DNA of 64,000 nucleotides from Geminicoccaceae bacterium (GCA_050246385.1 JBFWWD010000001.1:9789-73788); one strand, 5' to 3'; shown: positions 17,236-27,237, counted from the first letter of the stretch. Notes: generated by a model not told the origin, from the letters alone. Made by a program: numbers and translations.

Positions 17236-19389
17236 TCAGCGACGCCGCCATTTGAGCCACCATCCCGACAGAAGAATCGCCCATTTCGGCGCATGGGCGA
17301 GGCGCCATTTTCCGGCCACCGCCCGATTCGCCTCCATCCACCCGGGATAGGGATGGATGGTCCGCAGCACAGCCTTCAAGCCGAGGCGGTTCCTCATCGT
17401 CAGCACCCATTCGGTGAGCATGTCGCCCGCCCGCGCCCCCACCAGGGTGACGCCAAGGATTCGATCCTTGCCCGGCACGGTCAGGACCTGGACGAATCCT
17501 TCATTAGCTTCGTCGACGATCGCCCTGTCGAGTTCCGCGAGGTCGTAGCGCGTAAGCTCGTAACGTATTCCACGGTCCCGGGCCTCGGTCTCGGACAGGC
17601 CGACTCTCGCGATCTCCGGATCGGTGTAGATCACGACGGGAAAGAGCCTCGTGTTGACCGACCAGAGCTTCAGGGTTCCGAACAGCGCGTTCATGACAGC
17701 GTACCAGGCGTAATGCCCGGCGGCATGGGTGAATTGGAGCTGGCCGATCACGTCGCCCGCCGCAAAAATGGTGGGAATTCGGGTGCGCAGCGTCTCGTCG
17801 ACCACAAGGCGCCCATCGTCAAGCAAGCCGAGCTCCTCCAGGCCGAAGCCTTGCGTTCGCGGCCGGCGGCCGGTGGCCACCAGCACTCGGTCGAAATCAA
17901 ACGACCGCCCATCCTGAAGATGGACGCGGCTATTGTCGGGACGGCGCTCGAAACGCTCAATCGCGACGCCGGTCAACACCTCGATGCCTTCGGCCGAGAG
18001 AGCGTCCAGGAGAACCGCACCTACCTCGCCGTCCTCGCGAGCGACCAGGCGGGGGGCTCCTTCCAACACGACGACGCGGCAGCCAAGGCGCGCGAAGGCC
18101 TGCGCCAATTCGCATCCTATGGCGCCGCCGCCGACAACCAGCAGCCTGTCTGGGCGCTCGGTGAGCGACCACAGCGAGTCCGACGTCAGCAGATCGATCT
18201 GATCGAGGCCGGGGATCGGCGGAATCGCGGGTTCCGAACCCGTCGCGATCACAAGCCGGCGCGCTGCCAGCGTCCGCCCCGCGACGACGATGCTCCACGG
18301 GCTCGCGACCCGGGCATCTCCCTGAATCACCTCGACCCCGAGGCTACGATATCGTTCGGCGGAATCATGCGGCGCCACCCGCGCAATGACGCGATGGACT
18401 CGTGCCATTACAGCGGAGAAGTCCGGTGTGAGCCGGCCGGACAAACCGAACCGGTCGGCCTGCGCACCCTCTCGCGCGAGCCTGGCGGAGCGGATCAGCG
18501 CCTTGGACGGGACGCAGCCGGTGTTCAGGCATTCGCCGCCCATGGCATTGCGCTCGATCAGCGCGACCTTGGCTTTCGCCATCGCCGCAAGATACGCCGT
18601 CACGAGGCCGGCGGCACCACCGCCGATGACGATAAGGTCGTACTGGAGGGTCTGGGGCCGGGGCCACCGGCGCAGTACCGAGCGCCGTGACCACCAGGAT
18701 TGTCCTAGTTTCGTGCCGAAGGGCAACGCCGCCAGCGCGGCGAAGGCCGCGATCAGCCGACCGCTGAACAGATCCTCGACCTGCTCGATCGAGGCGAGCT
18801 GCGTTCCAGCGTTCACATAGACGACCGTCGCCGGCAGCATGCCGAGCTGGCTCACCCAGGCGAAGGTGACAGTACGCATCTGGGTAAGGCCCATCGCCAG
18901 ATTGATGGCGAAGAAGGGCACGAAAGGGACGAGCCGGAGGCCGAACAGATAGCGCGCGCCATCCCGCTCGATCCCGTCGTTGATCTTCGCCATCGCGCCG
19001 GCGTACCGCCGCTGCATGACTCCGCGCAGGAGATAGCGGGAGGTCACCATCGCCAGGGTGGCCCCGATCGTGCTGGCGAAGGAGGCGATCAGCACGCCAC
19101 CAACAAGACCGAAGAGGCTGCCGGCCAGGAGCGTCAAGGCCGCAGCGCCGGGCACGGACAGCGCAGTCGCCAGCACGTAGAGGCCAACATATGCCAGGAC
19201 GCCCTCAACGGCGTGGTCGGCGATCCAGCGCTGCCATGCGTGGCGTTGGCGGATTACCGCTTGCCAATCAAGATAGCGATGCCCGCCAGCGGCAAAGAAG
19301 ATGGCCACCGCCGCCACTACAGTCAGGATTAGTACACCCCTGAGAAGGGTGTTTGCCTCGCTTGGCGAAGACACTGTCGACCGGCTCAA
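17236..19389 (-). CDS. fusion protein: TVP38/TMEM64 (DedA-like) membrane domain + pyridine nucleotide-disulfide oxidoreductase
   Basis: The N-terminal ~230 aa form a polytopic DedA/TVP38-like domain. The C-terminal ~480 aa carry FAD-binding GGGAAG, the redox-active disulfide GGECLNTGCVPSK, and NAD-binding GGGAIGCELA. Confidence 0.85.
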   Translation of the reverse strand: MSRSTVSSPSEANTLLRGVLILTVVAAVAIFFAAGGHRYLDWQAVIRQRHAWQRWIADHAVEGVLAYVGLYVLATALSVPGAAALTLLAGSLFGLVGGVLIASFASTIGATLAMVTSRYLLRGVMQRRYAGAMAKINDGIERDGARYLFGLRLVPFVPFFAINLAMGLTQMRTVTFAWVSQLGMLPATVVYVNAGTQLASIEQVEDLFSGRLIAAFAALAALPFGTKLGQSWWSRRSVLRRWPRPQTLQYDLIVIGGGAAGLVTAYLAAMAKAKVALIERNAMGGECLNTGCVPSKALIRSARLAREGAQADRFGLSGRLTPDFSAVMARVHRVIARVAPHDSAERYRSLGVEVIQGDARVASPWSIVVAGRTLAARRLVIATGSEPAIPPIPGLDQIDLLTSDSLWSLTERPDRLLVVGGGAIGCELAQAFARLGCRVVVLEGAPRLVAREDGEVGAVLLDALSAEGIEVLTGVAIERFERRPDNSRVHLQDGRSFDFDRVLVATGRRPRTQGFGLEELGLLDDGRLVVDETLRTRIPTIFAAGDVIGQLQFTHAAGHYAWYAVMNALFGTLKLWSVNTRLFPVVIYTDPEIARVGLSETEARDRGIRYELTRYDLAELDRAIVDEANEGFVQVLTVPGKDRILGVTLVGARAGDMLTEWVLTMRNRLGLKAVLRTIHPYPGWMEANRAVAGKWRLAHAPKWAILLSGWWLKWRRR

Positions 19390-19443
19390 TCGGCGCCTCT
19401 GCCTACCGATGTGTGAACACGTCCGCCGAAAGTGACGTCCATC

Positions 19444-20007
19444 TTAGGCGGACGCGGTCAGATCGATGATCTCGCCACGCGCCGGGTAGTCGTTCTTGAG
19501 GATGTAGTCGAGCGCAGCAAGAATGTCGGCGAAATGCGGCCGGGCGAAGGGCATCGTCTGCACGCTGCCGAAATAGAGCATGCTGTCCGGCCTGATCAGG
19601 AACAGCCCCGGCTCCGAGAACCGAGCCGGCTCCTCCACGCCCGTCGAGGTCCTGCCGTGCCCGGACGAAATGTAGAGCCCCCAGCGCCGGGCTGTGGGAA
19701 GCGCGAGGCCGTAGCCGATGCGCAGCCTTTCGAGACCCCAGCCGGTCTTGGTCTCGGTCGCACGGGACTCATCGTCACAGGATACCGCAACCACCGAGAC
19801 GCCGCGGGCGGCGAAGTCGCCGAGCTTGGCGTCGAGGTCGCGGAGCTGCCCCCTGCAGATCGGGCAATGGAGGCCGCGATAGAACACGACGAGCGTGAAG
19901 TTCTCAGGTGCCTCCTGCGCCACACGGAATACTCCGCCGCCGATCAGCGGGACGTCGAGCGGCGGGACGGGCTGGCGGGGGAAGAGAGGGGTCAGATCGG
20001 CTGACAT
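19444..20007 (-). CDS. peroxiredoxin-like (AhpC/TSA family) protein
   Basis: ATG at 20007 within ORF 19444..20217. Thioredoxin-fold motif VVFYRGLHCPICRGQL. Confidence 0.75.
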   Translation of the reverse strand: MSADLTPLFPRQPVPPLDVPLIGGGVFRVAQEAPENFTLVVFYRGLHCPICRGQLRDLDAKLGDFAARGVSVVAVSCDDESRATETKTGWGLERLRIGYGLALPTARRWGLYISSGHGRTSTGVEEPARFSEPGLFLIRPDSMLYFGSVQTMPFARPHFADILAALDYILKNDYPARGEIIDLTASA

Positions 20008-20051
20008 GGGTTGCTTCCTTTCAAAAGGTGAGCCGAACGCCTCGTCACAGA

Positions 20052-20777
20052 TCAGTAACGAGTGGTGAGCACCGTGAGCCAGGCGGGTGACATCTCGACC
20101 AGGGCAGCTTCCAGCCGCTTGTCGAGACCGATCAGGATCAGGAAGCCAAGGAGAACGAGTAGGCCGCCGAGCAGCATCTTGCCGCCTTTGCCGGCGCGCA
20201 GAAGCCGATCGCGCCATCGCATCACGGCCTCACGCGAGAGCAGCCCGAGGGCCGCCATCGGAACGGCGGCACCGATGCCGAACGCGGCCATGGTGAGTGC
20301 AACCTGCCCCAGATTCTGCCCGCGGGCGGCCATCACCGAAGCCACTCCCAGCGTGGGCCCGACGCAGGGACTCCAGACCGCCCCGAGCAGCATCCCCAAG
20401 GCGAACTGGCCTTTGAGCCCGGTCACCTCCACACCGCCAAGTGTGCGCTCCGCCCAGTTGCCGACCGGACCAGCCGCAACGGCGAATTGGGTCTGCACGC
20501 GCGGCATGAGCAGGACGACGCCCATGGTCGTCAGAAGGACTGCGCCCATCGATCGAAAAAGTTCGGTGTCGAGCCCGATCGAGAATCCGATCGTCGCCAC
20601 GAACAGCCCGATCGCAACGAACGACAGCGCCAGGCCACAAGCCAGAGCCGCAGGTCCGAGCTTATGCTCGAACGTCGCGGTTCCCAGAATGATCGGCAGG
20701 AGCGGCAGGACGCATGGCGACAGAATCGAGAGGACGCCCGCCAGGAACGCGAGGATCAAGCTGCCGCCTGCCATCAT
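20052..20777 (-). CDS. ccdA: cytochrome c biogenesis CcdA/DsbD-type thiol-disulfide transporter
   Basis: About 6 TM segments, with conserved Cys in TM1 (LSPCVLPLLP) and TM4 (WSPCVGP). Confidence 0.8.
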   Translation of the reverse strand: MMAGGSLILAFLAGVLSILSPCVLPLLPIILGTATFEHKLGPAALACGLALSFVAIGLFVATIGFSIGLDTELFRSMGAVLLTTMGVVLLMPRVQTQFAVAAGPVGNWAERTLGGVEVTGLKGQFALGMLLGAVWSPCVGPTLGVASVMAARGQNLGQVALTMAAFGIGAAVPMAALGLLSREAVMRWRDRLLRAGKGGKMLLGGLLVLLGFLILIGLDKRLEAALVEMSPAWLTVLTTRY

Positions 20778-20783
20778 TCGACC

Positions 20784-21188
20784 TCATGGAGCCGTTGCGG
20801 ACCGGATCAGGGCTTCGATCGATTCAGGATCGGTGACGCCGACGGAGCGGCCAGTCTCCGCAATACCGCGGAAGGCGATGAGGGTGCTCTGCATGCGCGC
20901 GCCGAAGCCACGGACGACATCCTTCTGCGTGTCGAAATCGACCTCGAAAATCGTAAGTCCCCGGTAGGCGGAATTCGTTACGAGCGAGTCGATGATGGGC
21001 TTCTGCGCCTTGCAGGTCGGGCACCAGGGGGCCGCGATAGCCACGAGAATTGGCTCGTTCGCAGCCTGGGCTGCCTGGAAGCTCGTGGCATCGAAGGGCT
21101 TTCTTTCGGCGGCCGCGGCGCCGCCGATGAGCCCACAGAGCAGACCTCCGATCATCGCGGCCGTCATCATGAACGCACGTCGACGCAT
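20784..21188 (-). CDS. exported thioredoxin family protein
   Basis: Signal-like N-terminus and active site WCPTCKAQ. It lies immediately upstream of ccdA on the same strand. Confidence 0.8.
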   Translation of the reverse strand: MRRRAFMMTAAMIGGLLCGLIGGAAAAERKPFDATSFQAAQAANEPILVAIAAPWCPTCKAQKPIIDSLVTNSAYRGLTIFEVDFDTQKDVVRGFGARMQSTLIAFRGIAETGRSVGVTDPESIEALIRSATAP

Positions 21189-21329
21189 CGAATCCTCCGG
21201 CGGGGTGGGAGCTCGATTTTTTAGATCGATCGCTCTAGAATGCGCAAATCAAATTAAAATGATTCTCTCCTGCCATCGAGTGCTTGCTAGGGTTTTCACC
21301 GGTGAGACGGGATCGCTCGCTACCGCGCG

Positions 21330-22420
21330 AGCACAACGAGATCGATCGGGACTCCGATGACTTCGACCCCCTGCTTTGCGGATCTCGCGCGACGATGACG
21401 GGCATTTCCCTGGGCTACCCCGAGTTCGCAGGTGCCAGACTGGCCAGAGCGGCCGCCTGCTCCTACCCGCTCTGCCTCTCGAGCTTGGCCGCCATATTCA
21501 CCGCGTCGCCGATGATCGTTCATTCGAGACGGCTCTCTTCGCCCACGATGCCCGAACAACACAGCGCCGCACGCTAGCGCGACGCCGACCTCCGGGACTG
21601 CCACGCCCGCGACCCGCCGCTCGGCCTGCCAACATCTGAACTCGTCGACAATGGCATCGACCATGCGCTGCGTGTCCGCGGCATAGGCCTGGCTCGGAGT
21701 GACGGCGCCGAAGCTCGCCAGGCTTCCATCACCCAAGAACTTGTCGACGGATCCGCCATGCCGGCCGATCTGCGGGATGACCCGTCCCTGATGCTCTCCC
21801 AGGAGCTTCATTGTGGCCTCGGGCGGCAGTCCGCGCGCGAGGATGATGAGCCCGCGCAGATCGATGAAGCGCCGCGGCTGGCCGCGAGAAGGCGTGTCCG
21901 GGCTCGATCGGCGTCTCCCCTTCGATGATGACGTCCGCCACGTCGGCCGCGATGAACCGTGACAGCTCGGTGCCCGCGACGTGGTCAATCACGGCCCGTT
22001 CCATGAGACGCTATGCCCTACGCAATGCGACAGCGAGGACGGCGGCGACGATCAGGATCGAGATGACTTTGTCGAGTTCGGCGCCGATCAGAATGGACGG
22101 AGACGTCATAACTCGACATGGTCGCGCGTGATGAGACCGCCCGTCCCGGTCGCGTAGGACAGCAGGGCCAGCCAGCCTGCCGCGCCCACCGCCCCAGCGA
22201 GCAGCACTCAGCGTGCCTCGAACCGCCGGGTGCGCCGCGGAATAAAGATGAAGACGTATAGAAGCGTCGACGCCTTCAAGTAGAGGACGGCCAGTTGCCG
22301 ATATTGTAGATGAAAACTCCAGACCAGGAGCATCAGGACGCCGATGTCGACGATGATGGACAGAGCGACGAGCCGGTTGCCGAGCCCGATGTCTGTAGGC
22401 GAGTCAAAGCCGGCCGACAA
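21330..22420 (-). pseudogene. membrane-bound class III adenylate cyclase pseudogene
   Basis: The TM region (LLYVFIFIPRRTRRFEAR) is followed by an in-frame TGA at 22208-22210, after which the frame still reads VLLAGAVGAAGWLALL. The catalytic core (FIDLRG...KFLGDGSLASFGAV) is reached only through frameshifts. A second TGA sits where Y/F is expected in RLE*TIIGDAVNMAAKLE. Confidence 0.65.
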
Positions 22421-22694
22421 CGAACGTGGCGTAGAAACCGACTGCGCACAGCATGCCCCACACGAAAACGACGGCAGCCTGGACCCAGCCGATCAGAATT
22501 TCTCCCTACTGTTGCTCCTCAGCGGTAGCGCACTGGACCCGCGCGGGCACATGGTCCAGAGGAGACGGGTCGATCAGCAGCCTGACAACAGCGCATCCCA
22601 TTTCACGATCACCGAGCAGAGCCGTCTTCTCAGGTCGCGCATGCTTACGCTTCCGTCTCGGAGTTGTCGTTTTGAACCAATCGCTCTAAAATCC

Positions 22695-23372
22695 GTGCGA
22701 CGTCAGGATCGATGGACGAGGAGGTCGCCACTGGGACGTCCACGGCTTTTTGATGAGCACGCGGCGCTTGCCACCGCCGTCGATTGCTTCTGGCGGCGGG
22801 GTTACGAGGCGACCTCTATTCGCGATCTGAGCGCGCAAATGGGCATCACAGGGGCGAGCCTATACAATGTCTTTGGGGACAAGAAGACTCTCTTCTCGCG
22901 TGCTCTCCAATATTATCTGAATAGTTCCACGCGGCGGCGCATCGCCGAACTCGACGCCGTCAGTGACGCCGCCGACGGCCTCCATCGCTTTCTAGGAGAT
23001 GTCATCGAAGCCTCGCTGAGGGACCGGCGCGGATGCCTCCTGGTGAATTCGGCGATGGAGGTCGCACCGCACGACGCCGAGCTGGGCCCGACGATCCGCG
23101 CGAGCCTGCTAGAGATCGAGGACGGGTTTCATCGCGCGATTAAGGTCGGACAGCAGCAGGGGAGCGTGTCTCGCGCCTATGATCCCAGGGAGCTGGCGAA
23201 GCTCTTGCTTGGGGTCGTGATCGCTATTCGCATCCTGGCGCGGACCACTGCCGATCGCAGCCTGCTCGAAGGGATGGCCCGGCCGCTTCTGGGACTCCTG
23301 ACCGGGAATTCGGCCGGATATCCCGCAGGCCGAGGCCGTCCGCGCCGCCAGTCCTGGCGCCGGCATCGGTAG
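22695..23372 (+). CDS. TetR/AcrR family transcriptional regulator
   Basis: In-frame GTG at 22695 within ORF 22344..23372. HTH sequence TSIRDLSAQMGITGASLYNVFGDKKTLF. Confidence 0.75.
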   Translation: MRRQDRWTRRSPLGRPRLFDEHAALATAVDCFWRRGYEATSIRDLSAQMGITGASLYNVFGDKKTLFSRALQYYLNSSTRRRIAELDAVSDAADGLHRFLGDVIEASLRDRRGCLLVNSAMEVAPHDAELGPTIRASLLEIEDGFHRAIKVGQQQGSVSRAYDPRELAKLLLGVVIAIRILARTTADRSLLEGMARPLLGLLTGNSAGYPAGRGRPRRQSWRRHR

Positions 23373-23729
23373 AAGAGGCCACAATCCTTCTGGCTAGCAG
23401 CGGCTTGGTCCAGCCCCTTCGTGGCTGCCGGCAGTGCCGCTCGCACGCGGGCAAAGCCCGCTACCATCGCCAGCGTCTCGTGTGGTCATCCGACACTCGA
23501 TACAACGACGACGACGTGCATCGAAATCGAGATGCGCCGACTAGCGTCGTCAATCGGGCCCCGATGGAGCATTCTAGAAGCGGCCGAGCGGCGGGTGGAG
23601 GGAGCCGTCACGACAGGCCGGCGAGGCCGCTCGGGCTCAGCGGCGCGCCGACTGGTGTAACAAACCCTCCCGTCGCAAGACGAAGCAGTCGTGAGGCTGA
23701 TAGGGCTCACGAACCCAAGGAGTTGCACG

Positions 23730-24234
23730 ATGACACCGTGCTCGGCCCATCCCGTGACCGCAGCCTGCTTCCTCACGATATTGGCCCCCCTTGCCGTCCC
23801 AGTCGCGGCCGGGCGGTCTGTCCCCCCGTCGGCGGCCTACGCCGACGACGGGGCGTCGATGGCGGCAGTGAACGTCGACCGGCAACACGTCATCATCCGC
23901 GGCTATGACCCCGTGGCATACTTCACCGAGAACAAGGCGGTGATAGGCTCGCCCGAGTTCAAGGCGGACTATCAGGACGCGACCTAGTACTTCTCCTAGG
24001 CGAAAAACCGAGACGCCTTCCGTGCTGCCCCGGCCGAATATCCCTCAGTTCGGTGGTCTCTGCGCTATGAGCGCTGCGATGGGCAAGAAGCTCGACGGCG
24101 ATCCTCCGTTGTTTCGCATGGTGAACGACAAATTCTATCTGAACATCAACTCACAAGCGCGGAATCGTTGCACTGTTCCTGATGGCTGGGCCATTTTCCG
24201 TCTCCCGTGGCCGCTATGGTGTTGTCGATTCTGA
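23730..24234 (+). pseudogene. YHS-domain protein pseudogene
   Basis: Shine-Dalgarno (aaggag) plus ATG at 23730, then a signal peptide and GYDPVAYFTENKAVIGSPEFKADYQDAT. Two in-frame TAG codons follow (23985-23987 and 23997-23999). A frameshift near 24040 then continues the family sequence in another frame (IPQFGGLCAMSAAMGKKLDGDPPLFRMVNDKFYLNIN). Confidence 0.6.
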
Positions 24235-24322
24235 TCTATGGCCCGGCGGATTCCCGCGGATCGCGTGATTGCGCGTCGGTTCCAGCCCACGCCGCCGCCC
24301 TGATCCCGACAGCCCAGAGGAG

Positions 24323-25540
24323 ATGCCATTGCTTCGCTTCTTGCATCGGATACTACCGCTCATCGTTGGGACCATCTTCGCCACCTCCGCCGCGTCAGGG
24401 GCGGAAACGCGGGGATGGGATGAGATCACGGCGGCGGCCCGCGGTCAGACAGTCTATTTCAACGCCTGGGCCGGCGATCCGCAGACCAACGCCTTCATCG
24501 CCCAGGTCGGCGCCGAGGCGGCGAAGCGCCACGGCATCCGGATTGAGCATGTGAAGCTCACAGATACGGCCGAGGCAGTGACCCGCGTCGTCGCCGAGAA
24601 GGCGGCGGGACGCAATGTGGGCGGAATGGTCGACCTGATCTGGATCAACGGCCCGAATTTCCTGTCGATGAAGGAACAGGCGCTACTGTTCGGTCCCTTC
24701 GATCAGGCCATGCCGAACTACCGCTATGTCGACACGATCAAGAAGCTGTCGAACGTCATCGACTTCACCGTGCCGGTGGACGGATACGAGGCGCCCTGGC
24801 GAATGGCGCAGGTCGTGTTCCTCTACGACACCGCCCGAACGCTGGCCGGAACGCTGCCGCGGTCGGTCCCTGCCATGCTGGATTGGGCACGGTCCCATCC
24901 CGGCCGCCTTGCGCATCCGACCGTCCGGAACTTCCTCGGCGCCACCTTCCTCAAGCAGGCGCTCTTCGAGCTCGCACCGGATCCCGCGGTGCTGCAGCAG
25001 CGGGCGACCGACGAAACACTCGATACTGTCACCGCGCCACTCTGGCGTTGGTACGACGCGCTCCGCCCATTTCTCTGGCGGGAGGGTCGAGACTTCCCCG
25101 CATCCGGCTCCGCCCTGCGCCAGCTCTTCGCCGACGGCGAGATCGACATCGCGATCTCTTTCAACCCGGCCGAGGCGGCGGTGGGGATCGCCGATGGAAC
25201 GCTTCCCCCCACCACCCGCGTCTATGTGCTGGCCGAGGGGACCATCGGCAACACGAGCTTCGTCGCCATCCCCTACAATGCTGCGCACAAGGAGGGCGCG
25301 ATGGTCGTCGCCAATCTCCTCCTCGATCCGGAGATCCAGGCGCGCGCGCAACGGGAGATGGGGAGCTTCACCGTGCTCGATCTCGACAAGATGTCCGTCG
25401 ATCAGCGCAGGCTGTTCGACCGCCCGGCCGAGGCGGTAGGCCTTCCGACCAATGCCGAGCTCGGAACGCCCTTGCTCGAGCCCCATCCGAGCTGGATGAC
25501 ACGTCTGACGCAGGAATGGGAACGTCGGTATCTGAAGTGA
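24323..25540 (+). CDS. ABC transporter periplasmic substrate-binding protein (YnjB-like)
   Basis: Shine-Dalgarno plus ATG at 24323 and a signal peptide. It is the first gene of a binding-protein/permease/ATPase operon with overlapping junctions. The YnjB resemblance is from memory. Confidence 0.75.
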   Translation: MPLLRFLHRILPLIVGTIFATSAASGAETRGWDEITAAARGQTVYFNAWAGDPQTNAFIAQVGAEAAKRHGIRIEHVKLTDTAEAVTRVVAEKAAGRNVGGMVDLIWINGPNFLSMKEQALLFGPFDQAMPNYRYVDTIKKLSNVIDFTVPVDGYEAPWRMAQVVFLYDTARTLAGTLPRSVPAMLDWARSHPGRLAHPTVRNFLGATFLKQALFELAPDPAVLQQRATDETLDTVTAPLWRWYDALRPFLWREGRDFPASGSALRQLFADGEIDIAISFNPAEAAVGIADGTLPPTTRVYVLAEGTIGNTSFVAIPYNAAHKEGAMVVANLLLDPEIQARAQREMGSFTVLDLDKMSVDQRRLFDRPAEAVGLPTNAELGTPLLEPHPSWMTRLTQEWERRYLK

Positions 25541-27237
25541 TGCCGACGACGTCGGCGCTCTGGCGGATCGCCCCGGCCGCCGCACTTGCAATTCTGATCG
25601 GGCCGATCACGATGGGCTTGATCTGGACGATCCTGCCGGCGTTTCACGTCCTCCCGGCTCTTGGCGCTACTAGGCCCTCGCTCGACGGTTGGCGAATGCT
25701 GGCAGCAACGCCCGGCTTCGCCACCAGCTTGCGGCTGACAATCGCCACCGGAACCGCGACCACGCTCCTGGCCCTCGCCGTCGCCGTCGGCTTCTGTGCG
25801 TCGGCGGCGGCCTCCGCGCGCTTGCGGAGGCTCGAACGGGCGCTTCCGTCACTCCTCGCGAGCCCGCATAGCGCCATGGCCCTGGGGTTTGCGTTCCTCG
25901 TCATACCCAGCGGATGGATCGCCCGCCTGATCTCGCCCTGGGCTACGGGCTGGCACCGACCGCCGGCCAATTTCGTGACCGTCCAGGATCCGCTCGGCGT
26001 CGGCATGATCGTCGGGCTCCTGATCAAGGAGGTCCCGTATCTCATCCTGATGATCATCGCCGCCGCGGCGCAGGTTCCGGTTCATCGGACCCTGATCGCC
26101 GCCCGCGCGCTTGGCCAGCCCCCGGCCGTCGCCTGGCTGAAGACCGTGTTTCCGCAGATCTATCCGCAGATCCGGCTGCCGATTTTCGCGGTACTCGCCT
26201 TCTCCCTCTCGGTCGTCGATGTCGGGCTGATTCTGGCGCCAGGCGATCCGCCGCCTCTCGCGATCCTGGCGACACGCTGGTTCTCCGGCTACGACCTTGC
26301 ACTTTACTACCCGGCAGCAGCAGTTGCGACGCTCCAGCTCGCAATTGTGCTGGGTGCGATCATCTGCTGGCGCGTGCTCGAGAGCCCCGTCGCAACCTTC
26401 GGCCGCCTGTGGCTCGAGCGAGGGGAGACCGACAGGCCCGCCGAGCTGCTGCTCAAGGCTCTGTCGGCCGTGGCGGTCCTGCTTGGCACGCTCGGGGGGC
26501 TGTCGATGGCCGGCATGGCACTCTGGTCGGTCGCACGAAGCTGGTGGTTTCCCGCGCCCTGGCCGCAAGCGTGGCAGGCGACGAACTGGGTGGAGCAGTC
26601 CGACAGGATCGCCGTGACCACGGGCACGACGCTCGCGATCGGCTTCCTTTCGACGTTCGTCGCGCTTGGCTTAGTCCTCGCCTGCCTGGAGAACGAGCAG
26701 CGCCGCGCGGTGCGCCCGGGCGTCGCCAGCCTGTGGCTGCTCTATCTGCCGCTGCTCGTCCCCCAGATCGCCTTTCTGTTCGGTGTCCAAATCGCGCTGG
26801 TCTATCTCGGCGTTGACGGGACGCTGCCGGCCGTCGCCTGGACCCATCTGCTCTTTGTGCTGCCCTATACCTTCCTGTCGCTGGCCGATCCGTATCGGGC
26901 ACTCGATCCGCGTTACGCGGCGACAGCCGCGGCGCTCGGCGCATCCCCCCTGCGGATCTTCTTCGCCGTCAGGCTTCCACTCCTGGCGCGCCCCATCCTC
27001 GTCTCGATCGCGGTCGGCTTTGCCGTCAGCGCCGGCCTATATCTTCCGACGATCTTCGCCGGCGCCGGCCGCGTCGCTACCCTGACCACGGAGGCGGTGA
27101 CCTTGGCGGGCGGGGCGGATAGGCGAATCATCGGCGTCTTCGCCGTGCTGCAATCGGCCCTGCCACTCATGGTCTATATCGTGGCCCTCCTGCTGCCGCG
27201 CATCATTTTCTACCGCCGGCGCGAGCTCGCCCGATGA
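25540..27237 (+). CDS. ABC transporter permease, duplicated (two-domain) type (YnjC-like)
   Basis: The ATG at 25540 overlaps the upstream stop (TGATG). 565 aa with about 12 TM segments and two permease repeats. The upstream part of ORF 24883..27237 is an out-of-frame artefact. Confidence 0.8.
   Translation: MPTTSALWRIAPAAALAILIGPITMGLIWTILPAFHVLPALGATRPSLDGWRMLAATPGFATSLRLTIATGTATTLLALAVAVGFCASAAASARLRRLERALPSLLASPHSAMALGFAFLVIPSGWIARLISPWATGWHRPPANFVTVQDPLGVGMIVGLLIKEVPYLILMIIAAAAQVPVHRTLIAARALGQPPAVAWLKTVFPQIYPQIRLPIFAVLAFSLSVVDVGLILAPGDPPPLAILATRWFSGYDLALYYPAAAVATLQLAIVLGAIICWRVLESPVATFGRLWLERGETDRPAELLLKALSAVAVLLGTLGGLSMAGMALWSVARSWWFPAPWPQAWQATNWVEQSDRIAVTTGTTLAIGFLSTFVALGLVLACLENEQRRAVRPGVASLWLLYLPLLVPQIAFLFGVQIALVYLGVDGTLPAVAWTHLLFVLPYTFLSLADPYRALDPRYAATAAALGASPLRIFFAVRLPLLARPILVSIAVGFAVSAGLYLPTIFAGAGRVATLTTEAVTLAGGADRRIIGVFAVLQSALPLMVYIVALLLPRIIFYRRRELAR

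Noticed and set aside
16312-18690. 792-aa plus-strand ORF covering the CDP-alcohol transferase and TVP38-flavoprotein region.
   Set aside because: It is antisense to two genes with clear catalytic motifs. Its translation is Arg/Gly/Pro/Ala-rich with no motifs. This is the typical shadow ORF of GC-rich DNA.
21226-22697. Shared ATCGCTCTA(G/A)AAT sequence upstream of the thioredoxin operon (about 21228-21240) and just before the TetR start (about 22680-22692), as a possible TetR operator pair.
   Set aside because: The exact match is only a 9-mer (14 of 17 overall), and neither copy is clearly palindromic. A chance match between two ~100-nt promoter regions is not negligible, roughly a few percent.
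23985-23999. Two in-frame TAG codons as possible pyrrolysine or other stop-codon recoding.
   Set aside because: There is no Pyl machinery in view. A frameshift follows about 40 nt later, and further decay lies downstream. Pseudogenisation is the simpler explanation.
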